Below are positions 1 to 12,817 of a DNA stretch of 55,525 nt, one piece after another. A program made the position numbers and the translations under genes. Under the pieces are notes generated by a model. That model worked only from the letters and a program-made list of their open reading frames with translations, was not told the DNA's origin and made no database searches. Source of the stretch: Phoronis australis. Taxonomy: Eukaryota; Animalia; Phoronida. The DNA lies in assembly GCA_002633005.1 (NCBI GenBank), contig NMRA01000850.1:1-55525 (forward strand), written 5' to 3'. Each line of letters opens with the position of its first letter. Position 1 is the stretch's first letter.

Positions 1-968
1 GTGCAAAGTTTCTGAGAATATACACATAACCACCAGATGCTGAGATTATGTCTATAAATTATTTGCAGACTTCGATACGCTCATATTTGGCGAAACTTTT
101 ATTCGGCAATTGTGACGAGGGAGTAAAAGACCAAATAATTATTATTATTTATCTCAATATATCTTAAGCCCCTTTCATTAAACAGGTCACTGAAAAAAGA
201 ACAGGTGTATAACAAGATTAATAAAAAAGATAACAATATTTTTGGTTTTCACATCAACCCCAGGAAAGTTAGGGTGCATGAAGTGTGACAAAGAATTGTC
301 ATCTTCAACATCGTAAGTAATATTCAGCCAGTTTTCATAACATTGGCACTCAGTACAAGGTCAAAAGGCAACAATGTTTCAGTTTATAAAGCCTCTTTTA
401 CGAACATGAGATTGCCATGAAGGTGAACACATTAGGCTAACATTCAGATGTTTAGCTTCATGTTTTGTCAAAAACTTCAGTCGTACTTACATTTCTAGAG
501 GTGGGATAAGAATAACGTTATCAATTATAAATAAACTATTATGGATATTGGATCATATCGATTGTTCTTAACAACGTTCAAACCTAGTGACAACAGGGAG
601 TCATTTTTCTCATCAAACATAAAACTTGTTCATGAAATGAGACCAACGCCTGTTAAAGGATTCCCTGTACTATTGCTAGAGGTTTAAACTTAAACGTTTC
701 CATAAAAAACAATGAGAACCTAACTTGCCCACATAGATACACATCACGTGACCTAGCAGTTGCAACATTTCTGTCCAGGCCGCGGGTCAGGCCAGCAACC
801 TTCTGTGTCTATCTCTATGCACATACGGTGATAGAATCTGTGATGCTCATCATTCATATTGCTGAGGTCTTCACTTGTTTGATTGCACTGGTATCTACTT
901 GCATGCACATACACTTTGAATGCCATACAATAGCACAGGAGAGAATATGAATTTAAGTGAACAAAAAA

Positions 969-1343
969 GGGAATAAAATTGTTACCCGTCAGCGGCCTGA
1001 TTGTATTCGAGGACCTAGTTCTCAGGTCCATCCCGGGCCCTTCGTCTAGCCACTGGCAGGAATCTTCGTGTCCCGAGGCCATGACCGGTAATTAATATCA
1101 ATCTCGAAATCATGAGCAACAAGCCAGAGCTAAACAGTGCATTCAAATTACCAGCCATTTACCAGCACTTCCTCTCAAGTGATGGCCACCAGGTGGTGTT
1201 TGACAACTACCACGTACTACCCAAAGGTGGCCATGTGACACGAAGATTCCCGCTAGTGACCCGACACAATGACCCCAGGACGGGTGCGAAAGCTAGGTCC
1301 TCAAATACAACCAGGCTGCCAATAGGTAACAACTTTATTCCTT
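969..1343. mobile_element. MITE-like foldback element in the HAP2-like intron
   Basis: 969-1081 and 1228-1343 are imperfect inverted repeats of about 115 bp (for example gacacgaagattcc...ctaggtcctc(g/a)aatacaa...ggtaacaa(t/c)tttattcc). This also explains the similar peptides in ORFs 753..1082 and 1112..1354. Confidence 0.75.
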
Positions 1344-1482
1344 ATACAATGTAACAGTGCCAGCTATAAACATTCATTCAACAAATTTAACGATCTTTTG
1401 CCTGGTTTCGATAACCTCAAACGATTAACACTATAAAATTTAAGAGTTCTATCGACAAATTCCATATGGCAGCACTACTCAC

Positions 1483-1671
1483 TTGCTTATTTGGGACGTG
1501 TACAGATATCAAAACTTTCTCGGAACAGTTGGTCAGTCCAGACGATACTACCATCTCTTGGCACTTCAACACTTGTGTACTAACATGGATTAGATCATGG
1601 CTTCCAGTTGTAGTCCACACAAAGCAAGCAGCCATCACAGCAAAGCAGAGAGAGGCATGCTTGAAAAACAT
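1483..1671 (-). CDS. HAP2: HAP2/GCS1-like gamete fusogen, first coding exon (gene continues off the left end of the window)
   Basis: ATG at 1671 follows an acceptor (ttgtag, 1682-1681). Translation MFFKHASLCFAVMAACFVWTTTGSHDLIHVSTQVLKCQEMVVSSGLTNCSEKVLISVHVPNKQ ends at a phase-0 GTGAGT donor (1482-1477). A signal peptide is followed by the pattern S-x-x-L-x-C...NCS-x-K-(V/I)-(L/V)-x-x-x-VP, which resembles the HAP2/GCS1 N-terminus (from memory, plant ...SKLEKCE...NLNCSTKIVLNLAVP). Only one exon is visible, so the call is provisional. Confidence 0.65.
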
Positions 1672-2480
1672 CAGTGTCTTCTACAACATAAGTGGGGTTC
1701 CAGCAGTAAACGCAACTGCTTACTCTTGATTACGGCCAATATATAATTATCAATACACAGAACTCCAGGATTGGGATGCCAACTTCCATAACGTGCCTGA
1801 GGTTGCAATGTACATGCATAGGAAGTTGTTTACATTCATTTGTTCCGGTGCTGATTCTTGCAAAGGAATATAGGGCTCAGGGTGCAAACGATAAAGTTTA
1901 GAACTATTATCACTGAAAACTTCTTCGGAACAAAATTCATAAAAAAATATTTGGAATATTTTGCAGTCTAATGGCCCCAAGTGTTGACAATGGGAGGGTC
2001 ATCTTCTTGTGATCCAAAATTCATGAAGCCAGCCGTGGGCACCAACACTGCCTAGCTGACTGGCGAAACGTGAAACCATCTAAAAAAATTACAAAAAAAT
2101 CAAAAGTTTACAATTTCCTCATAATGTGGAATTGTTGTGAGGACTTGACAGGGACCTCAGGGGTCTCACACTCCACTGACTTATCTACACTATTTTGAAA
2201 AGATTTTGCCCAGTCACGTGTTGTGCCTCATAAAAGAGATAATGATACCTGCAGCTGACGCAGCAAGTAGAACTACTTTTGTATATCACATTTGGTGTAG
2301 ACTCACACTAGCACTGTGGTTTTTCTGTTGAGCCCAGACTGTTTGGTGTTGCACCATATACCAACTCCGGACGGTCTCTCACGATGATTTAGTGTTATGT
2401 TAAAATACATCCACATGACCAAGCACCATGTCATACCACCTTCCGCGTGCAGTGTTAAAAATGGTAAGTTTCAGATTTTG

Positions 2481-3070
2481 GAACTGAACGAAGGAGTGCT
2501 CGAAGAAAAAGTTAGAAAACCGGAATACTTGTTCGAGCTGGGAGGAATTAAAGACATTGACGGCCTCTTAAGATGTCCCTCTATGTGCAAAAGGTATTTA
2601 TAACAATTTGACTTTGATGTTTTAGTCAGTGTGAGGCATAATTTGCAGAAAAGCTTCTGGCGTATGAAGCTCCTATAGGGCTACACCGTCTGTAGTTCAA
2701 CTAGAGACGGTGGTCACAGTCAGAGGCTCTTAGACAGTGACCACCATCTCTAGCTGGTTCAGGGCACTGGTCAGATATAGCGGTCGCCGAGTTAGTAAAC
2801 CAGTTTCATCCAATAACTAAGAGGCCCGTTATTCAATGATAGCCCGGTTCTCTACATCAGGGACCACAAGGCCTATATCTGACCAGTGCTCTGGCTCAGT
2901 AAAGATGGTATTACTATAGCTCCTATGTCAGAAGCTTTTCCGTGAATTACACTGTTTAAAAATAAAAATTCACGTTGTTATTAGCACCACTGATGTCTTT
3001 CATTCTTTCCAACTTAAACAAATACTGCCACTATCAAACTTTTTCTTCGAGTAGTCCCTCAATATTCAGA
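2481..3070. repeat. Nested inverted-repeat (foldback) element, probably nested MITEs
   Basis: Outer arms about 2486-2560/2990-3068; inner arms about 2638-2678/2914-2949; two central hairpins at 2701-2753 (ctagagacggtggtcac...gtgaccaccatctctag) and 2761-2892 (gcactggtcagatatag...ctatatctgaccagtgc). Confidence 0.7.
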
Positions 3071-3228
3071 CTTCTTCACTCAGTTGCCACGGCAAAATTG
3101 GAAACTGGTGACGAGCAGAACAACCCAGCGGTGTGAAATTTTGAGACAGGCTAGTAAACCCAACACCATCACAAGCTGCTAATGCCATGGAATCTGCATT
3201 CATGAAAGTGGTATAATGTTCAACTTAC

Positions 3229-3880
3229 TTTTATTTTCACTGAACGAGACTACTTGTTTAATTTTTTTCACATTCTTGCACAACACAAGTGTGTCCTTCA
3301 AATACACCGCCACCTGACGTTTCCGATAAGTAAATAATAGAATTTCGATCATTAACTTTCAAAGTAATGATGCTTACTAGCATGGTTTTATGGGTATTTA
3401 GTGTATTTTATATCATTTTAAACATGCTTGTTAAGACTTTTTGTCTCAAAAATACGGAGATTTTTTAAATCATATCATCGAAAGAAACTTTTAGTGAACA
3501 GCATAGACTGGTGAACAGTAAACATTCTGACAGGTCTGGTGATTTGCCCAGATGGTTCTTGGGACCTGAGTTTTGTTCTGTATTCTGGTTCAACTGTCAG
3601 GAAAACTAATGAAAATTCTGTTATAGCACCTCTACAAGATTACGGTGGACCTTCCGGCAGTGTTGCACTGAGTGTGAGTCTTCTGTTTTAAAAGTTGAGT
3701 GATGAGATCGACCACGGATTGGCGGATGCTGCGTCAGGAGGTCATTGACCAGCAGTGTTGACCATTGTACTCAGGCGGAGTAGAAGTGGTCAACGGTATT
3801 TACCTGGATGGCAGATGCGTCTAACTGTCTGCCTGCTGACTCTGAGCGTTGACATCAGGAAGTTGGCCAAGAAAACTGGT
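3229..3880. promoter_or_regulatory. Putative bidirectional promoter and non-coding first exons of the HAP2-like (-) and SLC46 (+) genes
   Basis: Minus-strand GTAAGT donor at 3228-3223; plus-strand GTGAGT donors at 3674 and 3879; ETS-like CTTCCGG at 3651. Both coding exons are preceded by acceptors (1682-1681 and 4497-4498), so both genes need upstream UTR exons in this interval. TSS positions are inferred. Confidence 0.4.
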
Positions 3881-4608
3881 GAGTTACTGTTTGTTACTGG
3901 TGGAGATGACGTTTGACTGGGGTTGATTCAAGTATAAGTTAAGCAAAATTTTCATTTTGCAGTACCGAAAAAAATAACAAAAACAAGTGCTAGTAAGGAT
4001 CCTATAAATCGCTATTAAGTGCTACTATGCTAGATGACCACTTTGCCGACCCAAGTGCTGACCGCAGAGGCGACTCAGCAGACGGCTCCTAGCAGATCAT
4101 TGTTGGTCGGCTAGACGGCCTGTCGTCGACCGGTCGTCGGACAAAAATCTGTGATGTGTGCTGTATGTAAACTTATTGTATACCGTCGTTTGCACCATTT
4201 CTGAAAGTTGTCGAGCAACTGGTTGATATCTGAATTTCTGAATGAATTTTGGTAGTTTCTGGCTGACTTAATTACGTGACATGCAGATAAACTGTGAAGA
4301 ATAAGAAATAATTAATTTTTCATCAAAGCAGAAATTTTATGTGGGAATTTGGTAATGACATTCACTATTTTGTTTAATCGGGCTACTTTAAGTACAGGTT
4401 TCATAAAAAATATCCACTTTTCTTGTAGTGGCACACTCATACGTATTCAGTACACAGGTGGCAATCTCTGGTGTATTTGCTATTGATTTATATTTCAGGA
4501 TCGAGGAAGTGGTGTGTTGCCGTTACACCCACTTTTGAGCCCCTTAAAAAGGTGTCCTCAAGAAGAAGTTCATCCTAGATGTGATTGCTTATAGCTATCC
4601 ACACCAAA

Positions 4609-7600
4609 ATGTGCTCAGTGGTAAACACACAATTTCCTGTTGAACCTGTGATTCTGTTGTATTTTCTGGCTACGCTCAGCACTCTTCCCATCATACAGCA
4701 ATTCATCTACTACCACATTGGTCTTTCCTATGGATTGCCTGGTGTAACCTTTGGCAACGAGAGCTTGTGTGATTCTAGAGCCAACAGTACGTACAGGGAG
4801 GCTGAGCAAAAAGCGCAACAGCAAAGCTCTCAGTGGATGTTCTATTTAGGATTGGCATGCACTATCCCAGCACTTATTACCATTCCATTATTTGGCGCAT
4901 TCTGTGACCGTGTTGGTCGCAAGTCAACTCTGCTTGTAGCAATTGTGAGCCACATGCTCTACCTGATTAATAATTTGGTAGTGGTCTATTGTGATCTGGA
5001 TGTCCAGTATTTGTTGATCGGCTCTTTGGCTTTGGGATTTCTTGGTTATTACGGTGCAATAGGCATTGGTGGAACTGCTTTCATTGCTGACACAATTCCA
5101 CGTGACCAGCTGTCATTCCGCATAGCAGTGCTCGGGGGTGCCACTGGAGTCGCTGGAATAATCGCTAACATCGGCATGGGTTACTGGATACGACTTAGTG
5201 GAAGCTTCTTTTACCCTCTGCTTTTTCCTCTCGGATGCCAAGTTTTAAATCTGCTTTATGTGTTGATTCTTCTACAAGAGACTGCTTCCAGCGCATTTAT
5301 TGCTAAACAAGAAAAAATATCGGATGTTTTCTTCTCCTATCTCACCAAGACCTTTCGTTTGTACATCCAGGGACCAAACACTTGCATGCTGCGCATCGTA
5401 ATCATTAGTTTTTTCTTCACCGCCATGGTCGATGATTCGAAATCGGACGTGCAAGCATTATATCAAATGAACTCGCCGTTATGTTGGAACTCTATAAAGA
5501 TTGGTTACTTCAATAGCATCACTTCGTTCACATTTTGCATACTGACTATGGTGGCTATCAAGATACTCAGTCGCTGGTTGAAAGACGTTCACATGGCAAT
5601 GCTGGCTTGCCTGTTCAAAATGGCCTCACTGATACTGGAAGCTTTTGCCAGGACAGAACTCTTGATGTATTTAGGTAACTATTGTTTTACATCTAGTGAC
5701 CCTGGTTTTCTGCAATAACCCAAGATGGAGGGAATTCACGGAATCAGATTTAGCGTAATTCACACATTTCATTAGTAGGAACCAGAATTCAAGCATTAGA
5801 AATTTATTGAACAAAAGTTTAAAATATAGTCATAAAATTTATTACCCGACACCAATTCTGGCCACAACTCAATCAATGTCCACTTTGTGGCAGACATCCT
5901 CAAATAGTTTTGCGATCTTTTGAAGGTGGCTCTGCTGTGCGTGAACTTGGAATCCTGCTTATTCTCGAGATTGTGTATGCGAAAACTTTGAATACATGAG
6001 GAAACTTGACAAGTTCACTTTCATGTAATGTAAATTTTAACCAACTTTTTATCTATTGGCGATCTTATTCACCAAACAATAATTGATTTAACTGTTCACA
6101 TATTCCTCCGATTTTTTGACACAAGTTCCAGTAAAGGAAAAAATGGGTGATCGTGAGGCCAATAATTACAAAAAAAATTTTACGTTGAACAAAAAATTTC
6201 ACCTGATTGCCCTAATGAATATTCAATTCCAAGTTCATGCATACACGTCCTTGAGATTAAACAGTATTCCAAGTTCATGCACAGCAGCACTGTTCTTTTC
6301 TGGTTACTGCCAATTGAGAAGCAATAATTACCGTGATGGTGATGTACGGCAAGTCATTGGTAAGACCATAGACTATAGTACATCCACTGCCAACTCCGTA
6401 TATTTTCAATGGATGAAATCTGTGATCTTACGCATAAGGCGCGACGCAAGTATTCAACAGCGACACCTGTCAAAATTAGCAACTTTTACTTCTGGCAAGT
6501 ACGTCGTCTGCTAATTGTGGTCGGCTGTTATGTGATCGGGTTGCCAAAAGTACTCACGATACCAACAGTTCTACTATTGGAAGACTTTGAATAGTGTTTC
6601 AATGCAGAAATTTTTTTTTCATTGTACTAGACAGTAAAGTATATGCGAGAATTTCGTGTCACAATACACTAACCGAAAACTGAAATTGGTAATTTAAGAG
6701 AGTGGCGTCTCCTCTAGGATATTACACAAGAAAATATGGGAGTTGCAAATCCGTTGTCTATAATCTATGGTAAGACAGAGCTGTGCCATGAAAGCAGTAA
6801 AAAGACTAAGGCACCAAGGACTTGTATTAATTGCTTTGGAAACACGTTATTATTATGAATGAACTTTTATCATCAAAATGAACATGTCATGGAAAAATCA
6901 AGAGTTCATTTTCAGAGTGACCTTGCGGATTCATGAGATCGATTAACAGTAGTTAAATGGAATTTGCTAATATTTACAAGAAGGGAAAATTAAATTTAAG
7001 TGTGCTAAAATGGATTTCTCTGTTTTTGAAGATGGAAAACCAGGGTCCAATTCTTAATTGATAAAATTAAGAAAATGAAACCTGCCTGTGTAGATGAAGT
7101 AAATGAATGCAGAATGTTACCTTTTGTAAAGGCTTTTTGGTCCATGTGACCTATTTTACTAACAACAAATAGTATTTTGAATCTTTTAGCCGATTTCTTT
7201 AAAAACAAAATGTGTAAAAATAGCAGTTCCTTGAACCAGAAGTAATGAGTGTGACACGCTTCGCAAAATTGAAAACCGTCAATTTGTCCGAGTGATCTAT
7301 TCCCTCACTTTTCAGGTCTCATAAAGCACACAGAATTTCTGTCCCAATCCCGTTGCATGATTTACCTTTGACTCGAGCAATGATGCCTAAAACACGTAAT
7401 AAAACTTCTATTGTGCGCTGGATTCAGCTGGTCAGACTCACAGCGCTTGCTCACAATGTTAGATTTCTGGTTTGAATAATTCCTTAGCATATGGTATGGT
7501 CTGGGAGTAATATACATATTGGTCCTAGGTATGATCTAGATTGCGTTGTCATTGTTTTGTATTATGTTTTTTTCCGTTTAGTTCCTGTTGTTGCTTGTTT

Positions 7601-10253
7601 CGCATATGCTGCCCCTCTTCACAAGTCAATGTTGTCCAAGTTGGTCACAACAAATGAGCAAGGTAAGTTGAACCGTCAATTGTCAGTTCAGGAGACACAC
7701 ATCACCATTCAGAGTTGAAAAGACCATTTGCTTTTAGTTGTATGTAAAGGGCGTGGACATTGTGGTAAAAAGATCTTTTAATTCCCGACATTGAAAATTA
7801 ATGAAAGTCGTGCAGGGTTGTGTATAGATCCCTTTCTGATGAGTTTCATTGTCGTAAATTTAAGAAAAATCCTTGATGCTATTTGTCTCGTTTTTATGAA
7901 CTTTGATCATTGTCTCGTGGTTTTAGGTGTGAATTATTAAACTTAAACTTGACACGATACCAGATATCTATGTGTGTGACAGTACATGCCAAAAGTAGTG
8001 GGACAGAATTCCATCGTGATGGGTGATGACCTGTCACGATGGTCCTTCCAGCTATTAATGGTGAACGTTACTTGCATTCATTACTGGGAATTCTACTATC
8101 ACTCGGCCATAATGACGAGGATTTATGGGTCATTTCGACTGCATAATTTTGACTGGTACTGCACCAGCTGCCCTAGTGAGAATAAAATGCAGTGCTATGT
8201 GTCTGAGTCGAGTAGTCTAGTATGTTTTGTGTGACGTCAGGCTGCACTTACTTCAAAGAAAGCCAACCCATATGAGAATATAGTGAATTAATAAGTAGGT
8301 CACCGACTGCATGATAATATGCCATCAGAATTACTGCAGCATTTTTGATAACTATCAATCATTTTAGCTAGTGTGTATTTAATGGCATATTGGGCAAATA
8401 ACCCAAAATTATGACAGAACTACGAGAATTGGTATTTTCAGCTTAGAAAATCAGAAGAAAAAAAATCTTAGAAATTTTTGATTTTCAGGGAGAAAATTAT
8501 ACTTGGTTTGTGGAAGTAAATTTAAGGTGAATTTTTGCTAAAATATTTTTTCCGGTTTTGAGCAAAAATTTATTTTGTCATTGTTCAACAATAAGCCAGC
8601 CACAAATTCAGGATCATGACCAAGGGGGGTCTGACAATGAATAGACATTGGGGGCACTCTATATTCCTCCAATGCAGCATTATGAAAGAGGTCGACCAGG
8701 AAGGGGTTCAAACACCCCGGACCCCTTTCTTCTGGACCTTTGTGTATTTTCATTTTGCATTTCCTTCTTGCACAGGTGCCGTAATGTCCAGTGTTGCTTT
8801 CTCCGAAGTACTGTGTGCCTTGCTTGGTACTCTCACCTTCAACAATATCTACAGTGCAACATTAGCCTTCCTTCCGGGTTTCGTCTTCCTTTACATGACA
8901 GCTTTGGTGTTCATTGGATTCCTATTTCTGATGTAAGTGGAATTTTCAGGGCATTTGTGCAAACACTGATTGTCCTTTGTTCTGATATTTTGTGTTATTG
9001 CTGATGCAAGTTTTAGGTTTGAGTCATACTGAGAATTAACTATGCATTAAATTCTTAATATTATGAAAACTAGTTAAAAAATTTTTCTTACAATGCCCCT
9101 AATTTAAGGACTTTATTCTTATTGGAATAAGGACTCAGTTTTCACATATGTCATTACAAGATCTTATAAGTAATAAACGACCTCACAATCAAGATAAAGT
9201 GAGAGAAAATAAAACATTTTGTAAACAAACAAATTCTACAGATGCACTGAAAGTATGTACCTTATTCACGCAGTAGTCATTTTACTAGTGAGCCTCTTTT
9301 TAAGTTTGAAAAACAATGCATTTGAGATATAAATATGACGAGGCATGAGAAAAATCATGCTTTGCGTTGTGATTGAGCACAGGATGCATTGTTTATAAAA
9401 CCTAAACAGAGGCTCCGTTTTTAAATGGTGACTGCGTGAATAAGGTGTATAGGTAGCAGGTGAGGCCCTGTTTCATGCAACCAATCACTAGAGCCCACTT
9501 TGTCAAGTCATAATTTTGATCATTGCTAGGATGGTCGTAGTGACGTTATTCTAAATCACCATGCTGTGTTTTATAGAATACCAATGTTGTAACAGTTGAT
9601 AATTCTCATATCCAGACTTCACGACCATGTTCAGCAGTGCTGGTAATGAAACTGTACAAATCAAAATTGAAATTACGTCCGTCTTTGCTAATGCCGGACT
9701 TATGGCCATGTTGAATGATGAGTAAAACAGTAGAAATAAAAAACAGTAAGTAAGGCTTTTGGTTAGAAATTTGCTTCTGTACACTCATTGAACACTGGTT
9801 TGTGAGTGGTTCGTTTGAGAGGTTTTCCATTTTCAGATCTCCTAGAAGTGATGACTGGCTAATAATTACATTTGAACAAAGCGTATTGTTGTAATGCAAC
9901 ATGTTTGGGTAATTGTTTCCTCGCCATTCTTACATTTACTGTGAACTGACCAGCTTGAAGCTGTTTGAAAATTTACCTGAAATTATTTGTTATACAATGA
10001 CATGACAAGTGCAGAGGCAAAAAAGGCTCGCACTACTTGAGCATTCAGAAACCCATTTCCCACAGTGCATTTCAAAATATTTTTAACAAAAGTTGTTCTA
10101 TTTGATATGTATATTAATTAATCATTGAACAGTGAATCTGATTTTCTCCATTTGTTTCATTTTTGTTTCAGTGTCTATTGGTATATAGAAAAGAAAGCTC
10201 CCTCTTGTGGCAATATGTATGAAGAGTTACCAGGTACAACTGTGGAGAAATGA
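4609..10253 (+). CDS. SLC46A3: SLC46-family MFS transporter (SLC46A3/PCFT-like), 461 aa, 4 coding exons
   Basis: Exons 4609-5674, 7582-7662, 8776-8932, 10172-10253 (1386 nt; all GT-AG; phases 1,1,2 consistent). N-terminal VEPVILLY, MFS motif GAFCDRVGRK, LYQMNSPLCW, KSMLSKLVTTNEQGAV and FNNIYSATL are typical of SLC46. The C-terminal tail has YEEL (YxxPhi). An in-frame stop lies just upstream of the ATG. The paralog assignment is tentative. Confidence 0.9.
6366..6770. mobile_element. Non-autonomous DNA transposon with 5-bp TSD
   Basis: Termini ccatagactatag... and ...ctataatctatgg form a 13-bp TIR with 1 mismatch. Both sides carry TAAGA (6361-6365, 6771-6775). Confidence 0.7.
9256..9451. mobile_element. 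Short MITE
   Basis: TIRs accttattcacgcagt...catttt and aaatggtgactgcgtgaataaggt; about 195 bp; in SLC46 intron 3. Confidence 0.65.
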
Positions 10254-11475
10254 ATGGAACTCATAAAGGGGGATTGCGGTTGTGGTGCTATGGTGTTATT
10301 TTTAGCCACAGTTTTAAATGCGAGCCAGAGACGGACAAAGAAGCAGTTTACAGATGGTCCTTGAAGTCGAAAACTTGGGAAACTGTGCAATGTGTTTTTC
10401 TATCTTCGAAAGAGGAAAGTTCAGCTCAAGACGTATCTTATGTTGAGATGGTAACATCAGCTGTTTTCAGACTGCACATCTTGCATTGAACTGTAATTAT
10501 CCATGATTTATTATAGCTGGTTGCAGGAAGGACAAAGATATTGATTCATGTACATCAATAAAACTAGCATAGTCAACAGCATTTGTCTGTGAACACTTCT
10601 CAATGTCGTTTTGCACACTTTGACAATCTTTTTCAGGCTTCAATTTTTTATGCACACATTGGGCTTGAGAGTTTCTTGAGAACAAAGGTGTGATATAGGT
10701 ATTTTATAGGCTGTGAGATGATATTTGTCCTTAAGATCTATCTGCCAAATCGGTTTGTGTAAGTGTGCTGAGCAGTAAACTTCATATTTTTTGGAATTGA
10801 TAAAATATTTACTAGAAAGCTGTAATGCAATGTACCCAGCATTCTGTTATCATGTTTTAAATTTATTATTATGTGTCCACAGACTTGTCTGTGGGTGCAT
10901 ATTGCCATTATCTCTGTCTGGGCTTCCAATGTCCGTTGCTGTATCTCCTAAATCCTTTGCAGCATCTGAATGAGATTTGGCAGATGTGTTCTTATGGAGC
11001 TGATGACATTGTGATTAGTTTCAGACCCATACAACCATTGGTGTGCCTTCTAGGGCCAGTTTTGTTTTTTACATTTCCCTTTGATTTTTAGTGGTCACTT
11101 TTCTTCTTTTTCCTTTGAAAAATGTTTGTGAGATTTTCCAAGTGTTGTGCTATAAATGTGATTAGGTCTGCCTACTACTTTTGGATGTTGGTGGCAATTT
11201 TGGTTTTTATATTTCAATTGCCTCTCTATCTTTAGAGTTCTGTGACGGTTTTTAATGGAATTTGGCAAAGAAGTTTCTGTTACCATGGCGATAGCATATT
11301 TCCATTTTGATGTGGAATTGATTCATTCTGTGTCACCAAGTGGCCACTTTTGATACTAGTAAACTCTCCTAGAAGCATTTCAACGTTCCGCGTTTCTCTT
11401 ATTAATTATCGTTAATTATTATTGATCTGTTTTATTATCTTAGATGTCCGACCAATTTGCAGCAATGAAAATGTA

Positions 11476-11696
11476 TGGTAAAAATTCCCGAATTTAGTAC
11501 AGCGAAAAAAATAACTATTTTGAACCTGTCCAAAATTTTAGAAATAGGCAATATTGGCCATCCGAAATTCGAGAAATATGAGAAAGACATCATATTCGAC
11601 TGTGTCTCAAATTTCAGAATCAAAAAAATTCAGTTTGGAATTGGATTTGGGTGTCCAAAATTCGGGAGTCTGTCCTAAATTCGGGAATTTTTACTG
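11476..11696. mobile_element. Tc1/mariner-like MITE
   Basis: TIRs gtaaaaattcccgaatttagtacag and ctgtcctaaattcgggaatttttactg. The CAGT..ACTG-type terminus is intact on the right and TA precedes the left end. Internal copies of cc(a/g)aaatt(c/t) are present. Confidence 0.7.
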
Positions 11697-12659
11697 TGTT
11701 TTTTTTTGTGATTTAGCTCAGCTTTTAACTCTCTTTTCTCCATCTTTATATTTGAACGTATTTTTGTTGTTTGTTTGATTATGCCTTTTCCAAATTTGTG
11801 TTAAAGTGGCTTTAAACCCATGTTCTGTCAGAAAATGTACAATTGATTTAGATGACTTGCCGCTATAGAATTGGTATGAACCTGTATCTTACTCACATGA
11901 GAATTGACTTTTAGGCTTGAAACAAACTGCCAATTCGTTATTCCTTGCTCAGCGAATGAAATGAGCTGCCGTAAAAAGCCAACTTGTGCAGTCTTATCTC
12001 AAGCATTAATGAACTGTTAACTTGTTTCACCTCCAATTTTATTAAGCCCAGACCAATTTCTTAACAATGAGTTGTCTAAAATCAAAAACTAGTTTTTGTA
12101 ATGGCTGGCTTACCATATTGCAAATTTAAGTCATTCCCAGCAAACGTATTGTGTGATGTGTCACTAGGTCACAGTTAGTGTTCAGAAAACTCAGTTATGT
12201 CAGAATTTATGATCTTGTCTACAGGTTGTTATTTGATGTGATAGTAAATTTCAAATTTTAATATATTTACAGCTATGGTCTGCGATAAGCTCGTTGTTGT
12301 TTTCGCTCAGATTGTACTGTTTGGTAGGCACATTGTTGCTTTTTGCGTCACTGATGCTAATACACATAATCAAGGCCTTTTTGGAGAGTTTAGTGATTTT
12401 CTGTGATTGCTGTAATTTTTTCGTTTCTTTCCAGAATTCCCTCATTAAAATATTACTATAAGTGAAGTAGTTGACTGTCTTAAGTTTGGTTGTCTTACTA
12501 TAAACCCACCTATCATAAAACAACCCTTGATTTGTACCACCCAAAATTAAAAAGTTGGTGTCAATTTATTCTTTGGCCAATCCAGCAGACGTGGCCCTGC
12601 ATACTGTTACCTAAGTTCGAAATTCAAGTCAGGGAGAGATTTAAGTTAACAGTATATTA

Positions 12660-12817
12660 CAGGGGTGGATTTAGGATTTTTTAAAAGGGGGCCGGATTAA
12701 GGATTTTTAAAAGGGGGGTCCAAGTCAACAATTTGAAAATTCTAGATTTGATATTCATTAATATCAAAGGAAAAGGGTGTGCCTGGACCCCCTTGACCTC
12801 TCTTGAATCCGCCTATG
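12660..12817. mobile_element. Short G/C-tract MITE-like element
   Basis: Ends caggggtggatttagga... and ...tcttgaatccgcctatg are weak TIRs, with G-runs at the 5' end and C-runs at the 3' end. A related degenerate copy lies at about 8600-8740. Confidence 0.45.

Noticed and set aside
491-583. Apparent minus-strand exon bounded by AG and GTAAGT, a candidate HAP2 exon
   Set aside because: It has stop codons in all three frames.
753-1082. Minus-strand ORF ending in GQKCCNC, reminiscent of the HAP2 CCxC motif
   Set aside because: Its 5' half is one arm of the 969-1343 inverted repeat, it ends in a stop with no donor, and the rest does not resemble HAP2.
6116-6594. ORFs of 132 aa and 61 aa in the SLC46 intron
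   Set aside because: They overlap a non-autonomous transposon, show no protein-like composition and have no splice support.
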